From Octopus bimaculoides (Eukaryota), in contig NC_068998.1 of NCBI RefSeq assembly GCF_001194135.2, positions 52,049,640 to 52,113,639 on the forward strand: DNA of 64,000 nt, given 5' to 3'. The notes beneath the pieces are model-generated. The model saw only the letters and a program-made list of their open reading frames with translations. It did no database searches and was not told where the DNA came from. A program made the position numbers and the translations under genes. This document shows positions 35,616 through 49,236 of this stretch, one piece after another (within the stretch, counting starts at the first letter, position 1; the number at the start of each line of letters is the position of its first letter).

Positions 35616-38448
35616 CATTAAATGGACTGCACCTATTCCTGGGTGGTAGATCTGTTTCATCCCGTTGTCTGGTTTGTTGGCCCCTTTTGTAGAGCCCATT
35701 TTGTGGCAAGTATTCAAACCAGGTTTTCAGTCTGAGTCAGGGGTTCTCACTGTAGACCCTACAAAACAGTAAAAAGGGTGGGGTTAGGCTCTCCCATCCT
35801 TCTCTGGCCAAGCCATAAAAACAACAAAGTTAAACCTAACACATGACAATCATATTTTCATCTTAAACTCTTTTCTTTACCAAATTGCTTACATTTCTCT
35901 GTTGCTTCTTTGCAGCTACTTTATGCTATTCCAATCAATATTCTTCAGTTTTAAATCTTATCAACTACATGATAAATATATAAAATCTAAATTTTATGTG
36001 AATTTTCACCCATTCAAAGAAACTGCTATTTTGCTATGTTAAATCTTTATTATCAAAAAGTGATCTGTTTTTGTTTTTTTTATATAGCTAATTGATGTTT
36101 TCACTTTTTTCTTTTACTTTCTAAATCGTGAAACCTTTGTAAAATGACTGTTTCTTCTTTAATATATCCTTCTTAATATTTTAAATACTTTCCTGCTAGG
36201 AATCCATTATATAAGTAAACTATTGCTTCTTGAGAAAACTACTCAGGTAAAAATACTAATAAAGACCCTTTATTAATTAGTAATAGGTAAATATATGTAG
36301 CAGAGTTTCAGCTCCTATCAATGTAGGCAATTTTAGGCAATAATAGTTAAATACTTATATGCCTTGAGCAATATGTCTATACAATACTTTCAGAGGGATT
36401 CAACTCGTGACTACATAATCAACAGTGCTTAAATGAGATTACCACGAAAAAAAAATTAATACTTGATGGTTGTATCCCAGCATGGCTACAACCCAGTTAC
36501 TGAAAGCAGTAAAAGAAAAAATATATATATTTCTATTTATAGATAACAAAGCAAATAACTTCTTTTTTTTTTTTTAACCTTGGCTCCTCTCCATTCCATT
36601 TTATAATTTAAAAAAATGTCTTTAGGTCCATTCTATTTCATCCTGAAGAATTGGTAGGAACCAGTGATTCCTGACAATTTTTTACTGATGGACCTCTTTG
36701 ATTCTTATTTTACTCAGGGCCAATGTTTCAAAAATTCTATTATATTTTTAGAATTAAATATTCTTAGGATTTCTATAAAAAAAAATTGTTAAGACATTTG
36801 ATGTATTGTTGAAGTCTATAACTAATTTCTTACACATAAATTTTAACAAAACAAAAATCATTATATGGATCCCCAAGAGTCAAATGGACCCTGATTGAAA
36901 ACCATTTATGCAAACCATTAAACTGGAACCAAAGAAATCTCAAAATTCACTATAAAACTCTTGTTTGATCTTGTAATCTTGGTATCTATCTCATTTACAT
37001 CTCTGTAGATTTCTTTCTTCATGATGTGTGTGTGTGTGTGTGTGTGTGTGTGTCAATGCTGGTATTGCACTTGTTATCATTTGTGTGATACAGTAGTAAT
37101 GTCTGCATTCCCTGTTGACATTATGACTGGTCACTCTGTACTTTTAAAGAGTTGTGGAACATATATTAAAAAAAATACCTTATATGAAAAATAGGTGAGG
37201 GCTAGCAACAGGAAGTGCATCCAACCATAAAATCCTGCCTCAACTTCATAACCATACTGCCACACCGATATTATTAGATTTTCACAATATTTCTCCTTAT
37301 TCAAATCATTCAATATTATTGGCTAAATTATGAAATCGGATGTTACATAAGCTAATTATAGCCTGTTGTTTACAGCTGTACAGAAACTAATATCCATTGA
37401 ATTATTGAGAGTGGCACAAACAATTCCCAAGTGAACAAGGCTGACAATTTGTCAAAACATCTGCCAATGAAATGTAGCCAGAACTCTCTCTCTCTCTCAT
37501 GCTCTCTCTCTCTCTTTCTCTCTCATCTCCCTCTCGCTCACTCGCTCCACCAAATTCAGAAATCAATTCTTATGGAAAGCCAACGGATGTCTCTACAGAG
37601 CTATGCAGCATGCTAGAAATAGCAGCCAAATCTGTTTCAAGTTACATGCTTTGCTATCTACCACTAATTGAGTGACAGTCATGGCTTGAATGTCTTTGGT
37701 CAGGATTGACCCAAGGATAACCCTTAAATTTAAGGTCTTGTGGTAGGGTCAATATAAATATGTATTCTCACCCCGTTAAATTTAAGGCCTTCTGTGCCAG
37801 TATATGAAACCAGTGACAAAGAGGGGTTCGATGTGCTGGACTGACGAAATTGTTAGTATTTGATAGCGCTTCATTCTTATCCAATTGATAAAATGAAGTC
37901 ATGATTGAGCAGTGAAGGAGCAGTTGATCTAATTAGCTATATTCATTTTATGCATATAAGACCTTGTGTGTGTGGAACTAATTATTTAATCAATTTAAGC
38001 TAATTTACTGAAATACATTATTATACATTATGAGAGTGAATATTTCAAATCAATTTCTTGATATTCAATGCAGAGAACACTGTGCAAAAGGCAATAGAAT
38101 GTAGGGGTCATTGAATTTAGGATTCTTATATATATATTTTCTTTGTATGTTTTGGAGGGCGTGGTATATATAACACGAATCTGTAATAATTAACTGCCGA
38201 AAGCTGTCACCTCATTAAAAATACCCATACGTATGTTACAGATTCATTAGTGAAGGTTTGGAAAATTAATTGTCTCTTCTTATTTATGAATCTCTGTTTG
38301 TATGTGTGTGTATTTATCTCTTTATGTATGCTCTATATATGTATGTATTTGACTCACATTTAATTCTCTCTTTTTGTATGTATATATATATATATATATA
38401 TATAAGTCAGTAAATAGTGGGGTTGTGTTAACCGTACGTGGAGAAATA

Positions 38449-39232
38449 ATAGGAAAATAAAAAATAATAATAAGGCAGAATGCTAAACTGGAAGCATATT
38501 TTAATAAAGATTTCTCTAACCGGCTTTCATTGCGAAGCAAATTTTCAAGAAGAGGGAGAATGAAAATGTTTTTTACAAAGAAGTACAAAATGAAGAAAAT
38601 AATATATTAAAAAAATAATATATAAAAAAATAAATATACCGATACATTATATTGGCTTTGAGCCTTTGAAGTTCAATGGTAATTCCTGTATATAATGGTT
38701 GGACAAATATGGATGCATGAGAATTGAGAATTGTGTTAGGTTTAAAAAAAGGGATAAAAGTTTGTGTTAAGCAGGAAGTGTGGTGTCAAAACAGGAAGTG
38801 TGTGTAAGGGGAGACAAATCTTTTTAGTTGGAGTTATGAATTCTTTTTCAACAGGAAGTTTATGTCATAACTCCAACTAAAAAGATTTGTCTCCCCTTAC
38901 ACACACTTCCTGCTTAACACAAACTTTTAACCCTTTCTTTAAACCTAACACAACTCCCAATTTTCATGCATCCTTATTTTTCCAACTATTATATACATGG
39001 ATTACCATTGAGCTTCAAAAGCTCAAAGACAATATAATGTATCGGTATATTTATTTTTTTGTATATTATTTTTTTTATATATTATTTTCTTCATTTTGTA
39101 CTTCTTTGTAAAAAACATTTTCATTCTCCCTCTTCTTGAAAATTTGCTTCGCAATGAAAGCCAGTTAGAGAAATCTTTATTAAAATATGCTTCCAGTTTA
39201 GCATTCTGCCTTATTATTATTTTTCATTTTCC

Positions 39233-39235
<3 letters not shown>
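38449..39235. repeat. 787-bp foldback / long inverted repeat (MITE-like hairpin)
   Basis: Left arm 38449-38839 and right arm 38865-39235 are reverse complements (about 17 mismatches by hand plus a 20-nt left-arm insertion); 25-nt spacer; mirrored ORFs in the track confirm it. Confidence 0.95.
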
Positions 39236-39326
<91 letters not shown>

Positions 39327-39669
39327 TATATATGTATGTATATACGTATATCTTAGTTATGTGTGTCTATAAATGTTTGTGTAGTAAATGCATTATGCAT
39401 TTCAGCAACAATTAGACAAGAGTGTTGCATATGTCTTGTTTTGGTTTTGTTTTTGATACACAAATGAGTGAGTGAATGTTACTTGGCTTAACTTGTTTCC
39501 AACCGTGAGTTGCTGGTCAGTTTAAGCATAAACGATAATAATGAGCTTCAATTTCTCGCCTTTGTTCTCTAGTGGCAAAATTTTGGATACTCAAACAGAA
39601 TTTGCTAAAAGTACATTGTAATTAAGTTAAAATAAATGACTTACCACACAGTAACTTTGAGATTTCATT

Positions 39670-39790
39670 GATGTGATTGTATATTTTTAGAATGACATTG
39701 TAGGGTAGGTGTGGGAGGCCCAATCTGGTCAGTTTGAGCATAAAGCATGTAGAATATGTGTAGCTGATATGGCTGATATAAATACTAAAG
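39670..39790. mobile_element. CCCTTTAGCA-family MITE fragment
   Basis: atttttagaatgacattgtagggtaggtgtgggaggcccaatctggtcagtttgagcataaagc, matching 4790-4880 and 55260-55340. Confidence 0.65.
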
Positions 39791-41144
39791 GTCTGATTTC
39801 AAGAAGATTTGTTTTTTTTTATTTTTTATAGGATAAGTGATAACCTAGAGGCATCATTGTTTTCTCATATTTGTCCTGGTACAGAATAAGTGAATATGTA
39901 GTTGTATTGAAATGTAACGTAATATGGATTGAGTATGCTTCAAGTACTAACAATAGATGATAGCATTTTGTGGAAGAACAATTCTTCTTTTATTGGTATC
40001 TTTGGAAATAAATTATCCCCATAAATATTTTATCTTCAGAGCATTCTTCAAAGTTGGCAATTCAGATACCACCTTTTAAATGCTTAATAATGTTTTATAT
40101 AATCAGATTGTAAGTGGATTCTTAAATGAAAATAAAAGACAAAAACATCCTTTTCTAAGGAATCAGAATAGCATTAAATTCATAACTGCAGTAGAGCTAG
40201 AAATGCTTTAATTGGATTTATTAACAATTTCTGAGGAATTTTCAGTTTTCATATTCATATTATTGATATTGTTTTTATTCCTTATCTCTTAGCGTATTAT
40301 TCGAAGAACTGGGTTAATCATATTTGGTTTCATGACTTGTGCTATCTCTAAAATTTGTTGGCATTTTGAAAAGCAAAATTATTCACAAGACAAAAATGAG
40401 CTGTTAGAAAAGAAAATTGGAACAAAAATAATTACATTTTCAAAGCACGAAATGAAATGATTTTTTTTTTCCCCCCCTACATTTTGGAAATATTTCCCCA
40501 TATCTTTATTTTATATAAGTAAAGAAAATTACATAGAACTTTCTAATTATATATCTATTCAAATGTCTTATTCTTATTGTTTATTTCCTAAATTAGGAAA
40601 ATAATAATTTTTCGTGATCTGAATAGTTGCTAGCTTTCTCTTTGTTCATTATTGTCACCTTTCCTTTTGCAGTTAATTTACAAGGGCTGACATAGATACG
40701 AGAAAATGGATATCAAATTTATAGTTATATAAGTTATCATTTTTTTAAAAATCAAATGCTATACTTTTATGCAACATATATCGTCTGCTGTTTAGGTTTC
40801 TAGAATGCTGATTGCATGGAGCTGTTTCCATTTTAATTTTCATTAGATTCTGAGCAGGTTTGTAAGTGCAGAACATTGTATGTATGCATATACATGTGTG
40901 TACATATATTTGTGTGTGCGATATATGTATGTATGTATGTATGTATGCATATATATATATATATATANNNNNNNNNNNNNNNNNNNNNNNNNNNNNNNNN
41001 NNNNNNNNNNNNNNNNNNNNNNNNNNNNNNNNNNNNGAAAGAGAGAGAAAGAAAGTTGCCGATAAGACTTTGGTGTGTATCTTCAAGTTATTTGAGCACT
41101 ACTAAGTATCTCTCTATCTCACACCTCCTGACTCACTTTCGCTC

Positions 41145-41185
<41 letters not shown>

Positions 41186-41890
41186 ATATATATATATGTA
41201 AAGTTACAGCCATTTTTAAGTACACATACCTAAGTAGATTTATAGTTGTAACCAATCAGAATAGAAATTCTGAATAACTTTTTCGCTCAAACAGGTAATA
41301 AATATCTGGTATTCAAAATTAATTAAAACATTTATTATTCTTCCTTGGTGTACCGAGAAGTTTGTGTACAACAACTAACTTATATTCTAAATTAAGTTTT
41401 GAGTTTGATTGTAATTGTAGCAATTGAAATTCAAAGGAAAACTTATTAATATTTCATACAGTTCCTTAATTATATGCTCAATTATTAATTAACACTGAAG
41501 TTTTAATTATTTTATATTTTTGCTTCAGAGAGGTAAAATAGTGCTGTCTCTAATCCCAGTGTATTTGGCTTGGTTTACAAGCTGTAAATTTTTATAAAAT
41601 TGCATACTGAAGTATTTTCATTTCCATTTTGTTTTGTATTTATACCCTTATAATTTAACTTGTGTGTGTGTGTTAAAAGTAATGACAGGGATTCAGACAG
41701 GGCCTTGACCCTTTATTTAACGAGGTTTCATTGCATAAACCCTTTAGCATTCAGATTTCTTTGTCAAATGTAATATTTCTTTAGTCCTTCAATGACAATG
41801 GGGTTGATATCATTCATTTAACAACTTAACCCAGAGTTGCTGATCTTTCTTGTTCTTAAATTAAAAACAGTTGTTGTTGTTATTATTATT

Positions 41891-41925
<35 letters not shown>

Positions 41926-41929
41926 TAGT

Positions 41930-42390
41930 AGAATGGTTAGGTTGTCAAAAGAAATGCCTTGTGGTATTTATTCCTGTTTTTAACATACTGAATTCAAATC
42001 CTGCTGAGGTCAATTTTGCCTTTCACCCTTTTATGGTCAATAAAATAAAGCACCGGTCAAGTACTAGGCTTGGTGACCCTGACTAATTCTTTCCCTTCAA
42101 AAGTGTTGGCCTTTCATTTAAATCAGTAATTACCATTCTTCTTATAATTATTATTAATATTATTATTGAAGACAATGGATTAGCAGAATCAACAGAATGG
42201 TTAATAGAGTGCCGTGCTTGATTTATTTATGCCTTTTTTTTTACTTCCTGATTTCAAATCTCACCAAGGTCAGTTTTGCCTTTCATCCTTCAGTGGTTCG
42301 ACAGATAAGTCCCTGTCAAGTCGTCCTGGGACATTATATTATTGACTTTACTCCCCCCTCCTCTCCCTCCCAAACGTGAGGCCATGAGCC
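41930..42390 (+). mobile_element. Two tandem degenerate SINE B copies
   Basis: gaattcaaatcctgctgaggtcaattttgcctttcacc; caaggtcagttttgcctttcatcc. Confidence 0.7.
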
Positions 42391-43207
42391 TATGTTAGAA
42401 ATCATAATTATAAATATTATTATCATTATCATTTTATCCTTATTATTATTGATTTGTATATGTTGTATTAATTATATCTGCTTGTATAATGACACTTTCA
42501 AGAGCTCATCAAATCTATAGGTTGTGAACTTTTATTAAGTAAATAAATCACATGTAATAACACAACACACTAAAACTATGTGTGTGTGTATGTGTGTGTG
42601 TATGTGTGTGCGTGTGTGTGTGTGTATATATATGTGTGAGAGATGATGATAATGATGAGAAGGATGATGATGATGATAATGATGATTGATTGATTAATTA
42701 ATTATCTATGTATGCTAAATATGTAGCAGATTTGTAAATTATTATTCTCCTGAACTTGCCTTGCTTCTAATGTGGCAAAGTGTTTCATTTGTTGATTGAG
42801 TGATTTAATGAATATAGCAACTTGCTATTGATTCTTTTTTCTTTCTTTCTTTCTGATGAAGAAGAAGAAGAAGAAGAATCAGAGGAAGAAGGAAATTACA
42901 AAATAATTTTTTTAAAATAGAAAAATTTAACATGTTGCTTAGATTTTTCATAACATTAGTAAAAAATATAAATATTTTTTTTTAACCTTTTGTTTGGATT
43001 TCTGCTTTTGTTATATATATTTTTATTATTATTTTTTCTCATTAGCTAATATCTTGATACCCTGCTTTTTTATTTCCTTTTAGTTTTTGTAGTTTGCTGT
43101 TATTTTTGTTTATGACTTCATAACATAATATAATGAAATAATTACATTTTTTTTTCATAAATTTGTGTGTATGTAAATATATATACGCACACAATATTTA
43201 TTTTCTT

Positions 43208-43244
<37 letters not shown>

Positions 43245-44501
43245 AAAAAGGAAATAAATAATTGAAAAAGAGGAAGGGGGTGAGTGAATGTATTAGTTTA
43301 GTTCAAGATCAATGGATCAATGTTTCAATTTATTGTAAAACGAACGGTAACAATTATTGTTACTGTTGTTTGTCTAACTCTCAGGTGAGCTCTAATTGAG
43401 CAAACCTATGATCAAAGGCATTCCTAACCACGACCCCCCCCCCTTTTTTTTTCAAACACTGACTATCATTGACCTCATTATCCTGTATATCCTCCTTTTT
43501 TCATTACAGATAGTCAGGTGCAATTTGAGAGATATTTAGCCGTTGTTTCTAGCAATCTGAAAGACTGCATCGAGGCTTGCTCATTGGATTGCTAAACTAT
43601 CAGCTGATAGTTGTAGAAGTTATATATTAGTTTGTAGAGGCAAAATTGACTTGGTTCTGTGGTCTGTTGATATTTCCAGAAGCATTGACATGCTATAAAA
43701 TCATTTTGATGCTCATTCCATTAGAAAAAAATAGCAAAATATTATCTTTCAAAACATGAAACAACAACAAACTGTTTTCGTGTGTTAACATATTTCTGTA
43801 TTATTCTGACCAAAAGTAAATATCAGTCAGTGTTTTAGCTTCTTTTTCTTTTTTAAATATAATTAGTTTAAGTATGAAAACCATATCTCTCATTTTTAAT
43901 TATATGGTTGTCACTTTTGAATTCTATGCTGGATGTCTTCATCTATAATGATAGTCTCAGTTTGATGGTTATGGAAATCTTTTATACTGATGCTTGCTCA
44001 GAATAGTATGGAAATGTCTTGCATGAGACTGTCAAACAGTTGGCAGCAAATATGTCCTAACTATGTTAGCTTCTAGGCTAGGCACAGGGGTCAGTCAATT
44101 AAAGCAGCAGTCAAGACCCAAGTGGGTCAGGGTTCCCTACATTAGAAATTTATAAAACTACATCAGACATTTCCATATTCCTGCTTTATATTTGTTGGGA
44201 GATTAAAATAAGAATTCTATGATTCAAAGCAAATTCTTTTTTCATTTTCATTTTCTTTTGTGTTTTTTTTTACCAAGTTATTTTTCCTCATGTCTTTATA
44301 TCTCAATGCATCCTTTATGTTACATATTCAATATATTTTATTAGTATACTTAGACAGGTATTCTCCATAATATCACAACTAATCATAATTTATCCCCCAC
44401 TTATTCAGAGGGGTGTACATATGGTTGTATATAATATAAATACATATAATATATACATGCATACATACTTATATATAAATATTTTTATAAATGATATAGT
44501 G

Positions 44502-44747
44502 GATTAAAAGGGTTGAAGAAATGGATTACAAATCCGACACTTGTTTCTAGAAGTTTGGCGGTCCAAGATAATGTTTGTAGATTGATTCCATCATAGGACG
44601 AGACAAGCCTCCATCTTCAGGAAAGAGATCTTACATTTGAGGTGTTAAAGGAAAGAAGTTCAAAGATTTTAAAACTTTTCTTTTGAACCATCAAGCCCCC
44701 AGAAACAGCTGTCGGATTTGTAATACTTTTCTTCAACCCTTTTAATC
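44502..44747. mobile_element. 246-bp element with 47-bp terminal inverted repeats, Penelope pLTR-like, extended hammerhead motif on - strand
   Basis: 44502-44548 vs reverse complement of 44701-44747 = 43/47; gaaacagctgtc motif; 19-bp direct repeat tataaatatttttataaat at 44474-44492 and 44751-44769. Confidence 0.7.
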
Positions 44748-45587
44748 TTCTATAAATATTTTTATAAATACACATTCTAACTGGTAGATATAGCAACCAC
44801 TCTGTGGATTACTTTGTATCGCGCAGTACGCACAAATTTACATAGATATTTCACTGGCAAGCAGTATTAAACGAAATCTCTTTGGAAATCCAGTATGTTT
44901 TCCACCAGTGTCATATTTTTAGCAGCAGCAGTAGTTGTAGTAGTAGTAGTCATAGTAGTCTTGAAGAAGAAAATTTGATTTAGTAATAATGATTCAATAT
45001 ATATCAATATTAGCTATTAAACTTAAGATTTTGTGTAGTTATATTTTGTCGTGTTTGCAGTTGTTCTTTTCTGTTTGTGTTTTATATTTTTGATGTAGTA
45101 ACATTTAATAACACTCATTAATCCATGTAAATTTGGAAAGAAAAATACTGTTAGTTCAATGTATTTGAAAATAACAGCATTATATTGCAATATTCTATAG
45201 AGATATATTTCATTGACATTTTTTTTTTTTTCAATTGAAATACAAAAAGCTCACCATAATAATGTTTTCCTTTTTTAAATTGTAAATATGTTTTATTATT
45301 TCACTAGGCAAACATAAAGAAAGATCAAAATCTTTTAAATAATATCCATTTTTCTGTCATTTATGAAACACTTTGAATTATAATGGCTTTCGTGTGTGTG
45401 TGTGTGTGCCTGTGTAGTATAAATGATATTTATAATTTATAAAGTGTCTAGGAATTTAGTTAACTTAGTGAAAAATAGTGAGAAAAATATGTAAATAATA
45501 TTTAATTTATATGTTTTATTTTTGTTGTTACTTTTTTATTTCTGAAATTTTTTTAATACCAAGTTTTAACTACATTTGCTATTGTGC

Positions 45588-45669
<82 letters not shown>

Positions 45670-46429
45670 CGTGAAGAATTATACTCTTTGAAATGGAAAA
45701 AGAAAACATTTCTGGTTGAATAGAAGGATTTGGAGGATTTAGAAGTAAAGAATATTTCTTTAAAAAAAAAAAAAGGAAAAAATTTGAATTATTAAAATTA
45801 ATCCTAATTAAAAATAAATACATTAGACTAAGACTTAACAGAAAACAAATATTGTGCAAATTACGCAGATGTGTAAGTTGATCTTCATAAGAATATTATG
45901 CTCGGTGTTGAAACGCATTAGGTTGAGATGTACAATAATAATGTTCACCTGATAACTCTTATTTTAATAGATTCATTTGGCATTTTTCTGAAAAGTAACA
46001 TCTTTAGTTACAGATTTCCAACTGGTTCCCTGCATTTCAATGGTGATAGTTAAAAGGGATTATCTGTAACTTGGGCAGAACAAATACCACAATCTAATCT
46101 GATTGGCAGTTTATTGGTTTTCTCATGTGTACATCTTTCTCTATTATACACCTCTGTTGTACACACATAGATAGACAGACAGGTAGGTAGCTAGCATCAC
46201 CAATATCTTTCTCTACTTTTTAGTTACTCTCTCACTCTCTCATTCTTACATTATGTGGGTTGGCCAAGTATCTCCTCTATAGAAAGATGTCTGTGCTTGT
46301 CCCTGTATTATACTTAGGCCTCTCAAAACCTAGCATAAAGTCACTTCCCCCATGTTCTACAACCACACTTGACAGAGGTGGGACTTTGTTTTTCTTCATC
46401 TTGTGAGTTACTTTGGTGACTTCAACCAG

Positions 46430-46745
46430 TGCAGATGTCACCAAAAATAAATAAATAAATAAAAGCTGCCAGTCCACTCTGTAAACTGGAAGGGTGTCTA
46501 ACTGTAGAAACCATGCTAAAGCAAGCATCAGAGCAAGACACGGTTCTTCTCCTGTTCGCTGGTTCTTATCAAACCATCCCAGCCATGCAACACATACATA
46601 GGACAGTTTCTCTGCACATATTTTCTATGTACAAAATTTCAGTCATGGCTGTTGTAAAAGATTTTTACTTAAGGCACCATGCAGCAGGATTGAACTCAGA
46701 ACCGTGACTGTGAAGCAGTTGTTTTAACCACACAGCAACACCTAC
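46430..46745. mobile_element. SINE A fragment (+) fused to SINE C fragment (-)
   Basis: ggaagggtgtctaactgtagaaacc...ccatcccagccatgc; then aggcaccatgcagcaggattgaactcagaacc. Confidence 0.6.
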
Positions 46746-47826
46746 AACCAATAACTTAATAATTGTTCTATTATTGTTAGTTTTATTTTTTGATAATCAA
46801 CATGGCACTTCTATAATACAAACCAAATTGCAATTCTGTAGTTAGCTTTTTTTATTTTAACTAAAAACTATAACTCTTGTGATAAAATTAGTTATTATTA
46901 TTATAATTATTATTAAGTTTCCTGATTTTCCAGTACAAAATATTTGTAACATTCATATCTGAGCAAAGAGTTGAGAAAGAATCCCCCCCCCCCNNNNNNN
47001 NNNNNNNNNNNNNNNNNNNNNNNNNNNNNNNNNNNNNNNNNNNNNNNNNNNNNNNNNNNNNNNNNNNNNNNNNNNNNNNNNNNNNNNNNNNNNNNNNNNN
47101 NNNNNNNNNNNNNNNNNNNNNNNNNNNNNNNNNNNNNNNNNNNNNNNNNNNNNATATATATATATATATATATATATATATAGCTATATATATACAAGTG
47201 TATATATGTATATATATATATATATATCTAGCTGCATATGTATTATGTGTGTTTGTATGTATGTGTATAATGTATGAAATGAATCTAATAAGTATGTATA
47301 TAATAAATTTTGGCTTTTATATCAAAGGATTTTAAGGAATTTAGCTGGCAGAAAGCGAACTGCGTTTGATTAAGAAATGTGAAAAGAAAATGATGCTAAT
47401 CTTCAGGATGTTAGATTTTTCTGTTTTTTTTTTTTTTAATCTTTTTGGTTATTAGATAAAGCACCTTTTACACTTTGAAACTTGCAACCTTTGATGACTG
47501 ATAACGTTGCATCACATAATAGAATTATAAGAAGTGGTTTGATGAATGCAATATGGGGATATAAATGGAGTTGGTTGGAGATTTCTATAATTGATTTGAG
47601 GGTTTTGTGGGGAAAAAAAAATAAAAGTGTTTAGATATTAAACTAAAAAATCTAATTTATTTCTTCATAAAATTGAGAATCCTAGATGAAAATGTAGGCT
47701 CAGAAATTTTCTGTTGGGTGAATTTGCCTGTTTGTATTGATAAGTCCTGTGGAAAATTTTAGTCTTCTTTTCAATAAAATCTTATTTTTTATTTTAAAGT
47801 TAAGATTTTGTTGATTTTGTATATAA

Positions 47827-47827
<1 letters not shown>

Positions 47828-47875
<48 letters not shown>
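47828..47875. repeat. (GT)n microsatellite
   Basis: Direct reading; many others, e.g. 3331-3361, 4946-4992, 6544-6578, 63014-63046. Confidence 0.95.
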
Positions 47876-47877
<2 letters not shown>

Positions 47878-48615
47878 TAATAGCTAAAGAAATATTCAAA
47901 TTATATTTTTTCCTCCAAGTTGTAAAACTTTGTTTTGGTAATATATTTTCTCTTTAGTAATTTTGAGATTAATATTTCGGATATAAGAATAACTCTTTAA
48001 AATGGTTCTGTATCAAGAGTGTTATATTTTCAATATTTACTTATTCAATTATGTTGTATAATTAATAGCTGAGTATTTAATATGCTGGAATATTGACCAA
48101 AAGGTTTAAGTTCAACTCTTACTCAACGCATTGATCTGTACCTTTAGTAAACAAAAAAAAAATCATGTTAATCTTGGTTGAAAATAAGTTGTACTTTTAC
48201 AAATTGATTTTTAGTTAGTGTTGTCCAGAATATCTTATTTCTAATGTGAAGAATTTATAAACCCATCCAAATAAACAATAAAGAAGAATGGGCAATTGTG
48301 GTTTTTGGCTATGCTTAATAATACAGTTTATTAACTGTATTATTACAAATACATTAACATCAATATTTGTGATTTAAGTGCGAGACCAACCACTTCTTTA
48401 TCTTTTATGTATTTATTTATTTTTTTGCTTTATGGTGTGGCATAGTCATTTAAACTGACCTGACTACAGTAAGTTCACTAGTCTGTATTTTATTAACTTC
48501 TGATGACCCCTCCCCTCCGATGCCCCCATCATTTCTCTCAAAAAATATAAAGTGAAGTTGACCTCTGGTAGGATTTTATAGTTTCTGTTGTTTGCTGTTC
48601 TGTTACCTTTCAACA

Positions 48616-49170
48616 TTATTTTCCAATTCTCCAACCACATATCCGTGTTCGATTAGGCCCATGACAAACTGACAACCTTTTCTTGACAGCAGACTGGGAG
48701 GAAGAGCAAACTGGAAACCGAGACAGGCATGGTCTGTCACAGACTGTGCACACAAAAAGGTCATTGTCATTCACCTTCTTGATCGTTACATTCTTCCTTA
48801 GATCTCTTTTGAGTTTTACATGCGTTATCTTGGCCTCTTCAAACACTTTCACTCTACTCCACACTTTTGTTCACCATCCAACTCAATCCGAAGCAAGGGT
48901 TTCTATGTCTTCTGGATCCATTCCAAGTGACTTCATAGTAGTCCTTATGCTACCCTTAAACCTTTTTTTAGGTTTACACCGATAGCGTTTCCCCTCTGCA
49001 AGCTCGCCATAAAATAGCTGTTTAGGAATGTGTTCATCTGCCATTCAAACAATATGGCCACACTATCTCATTTGGTTCCTTAAAATCATAGCTTTAATTG
49101 AGGTGATGCCTGCAGATGCAAGGACATCTGTGTTTGGAGTAAAAGAACTCCATTTAACGTTTAAAATGCC

Positions 49171-49173
<3 letters not shown>
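48616..49173 (-). mobile_element. RTE-clade LINE 3' remnant (with C-terminal CxxC)
   Basis: GILNVKWSSFTPNTDVLASAGITSIKAMILRNQMR*CGHIV*MADEHIPKQLFYGELAEGKRYRCKPKKRFK...FVCTVCDRPCLSR; several stops; 5' end truncated at (TA)n. Confidence 0.88.
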
Positions 49174-49236
<63 letters not shown>

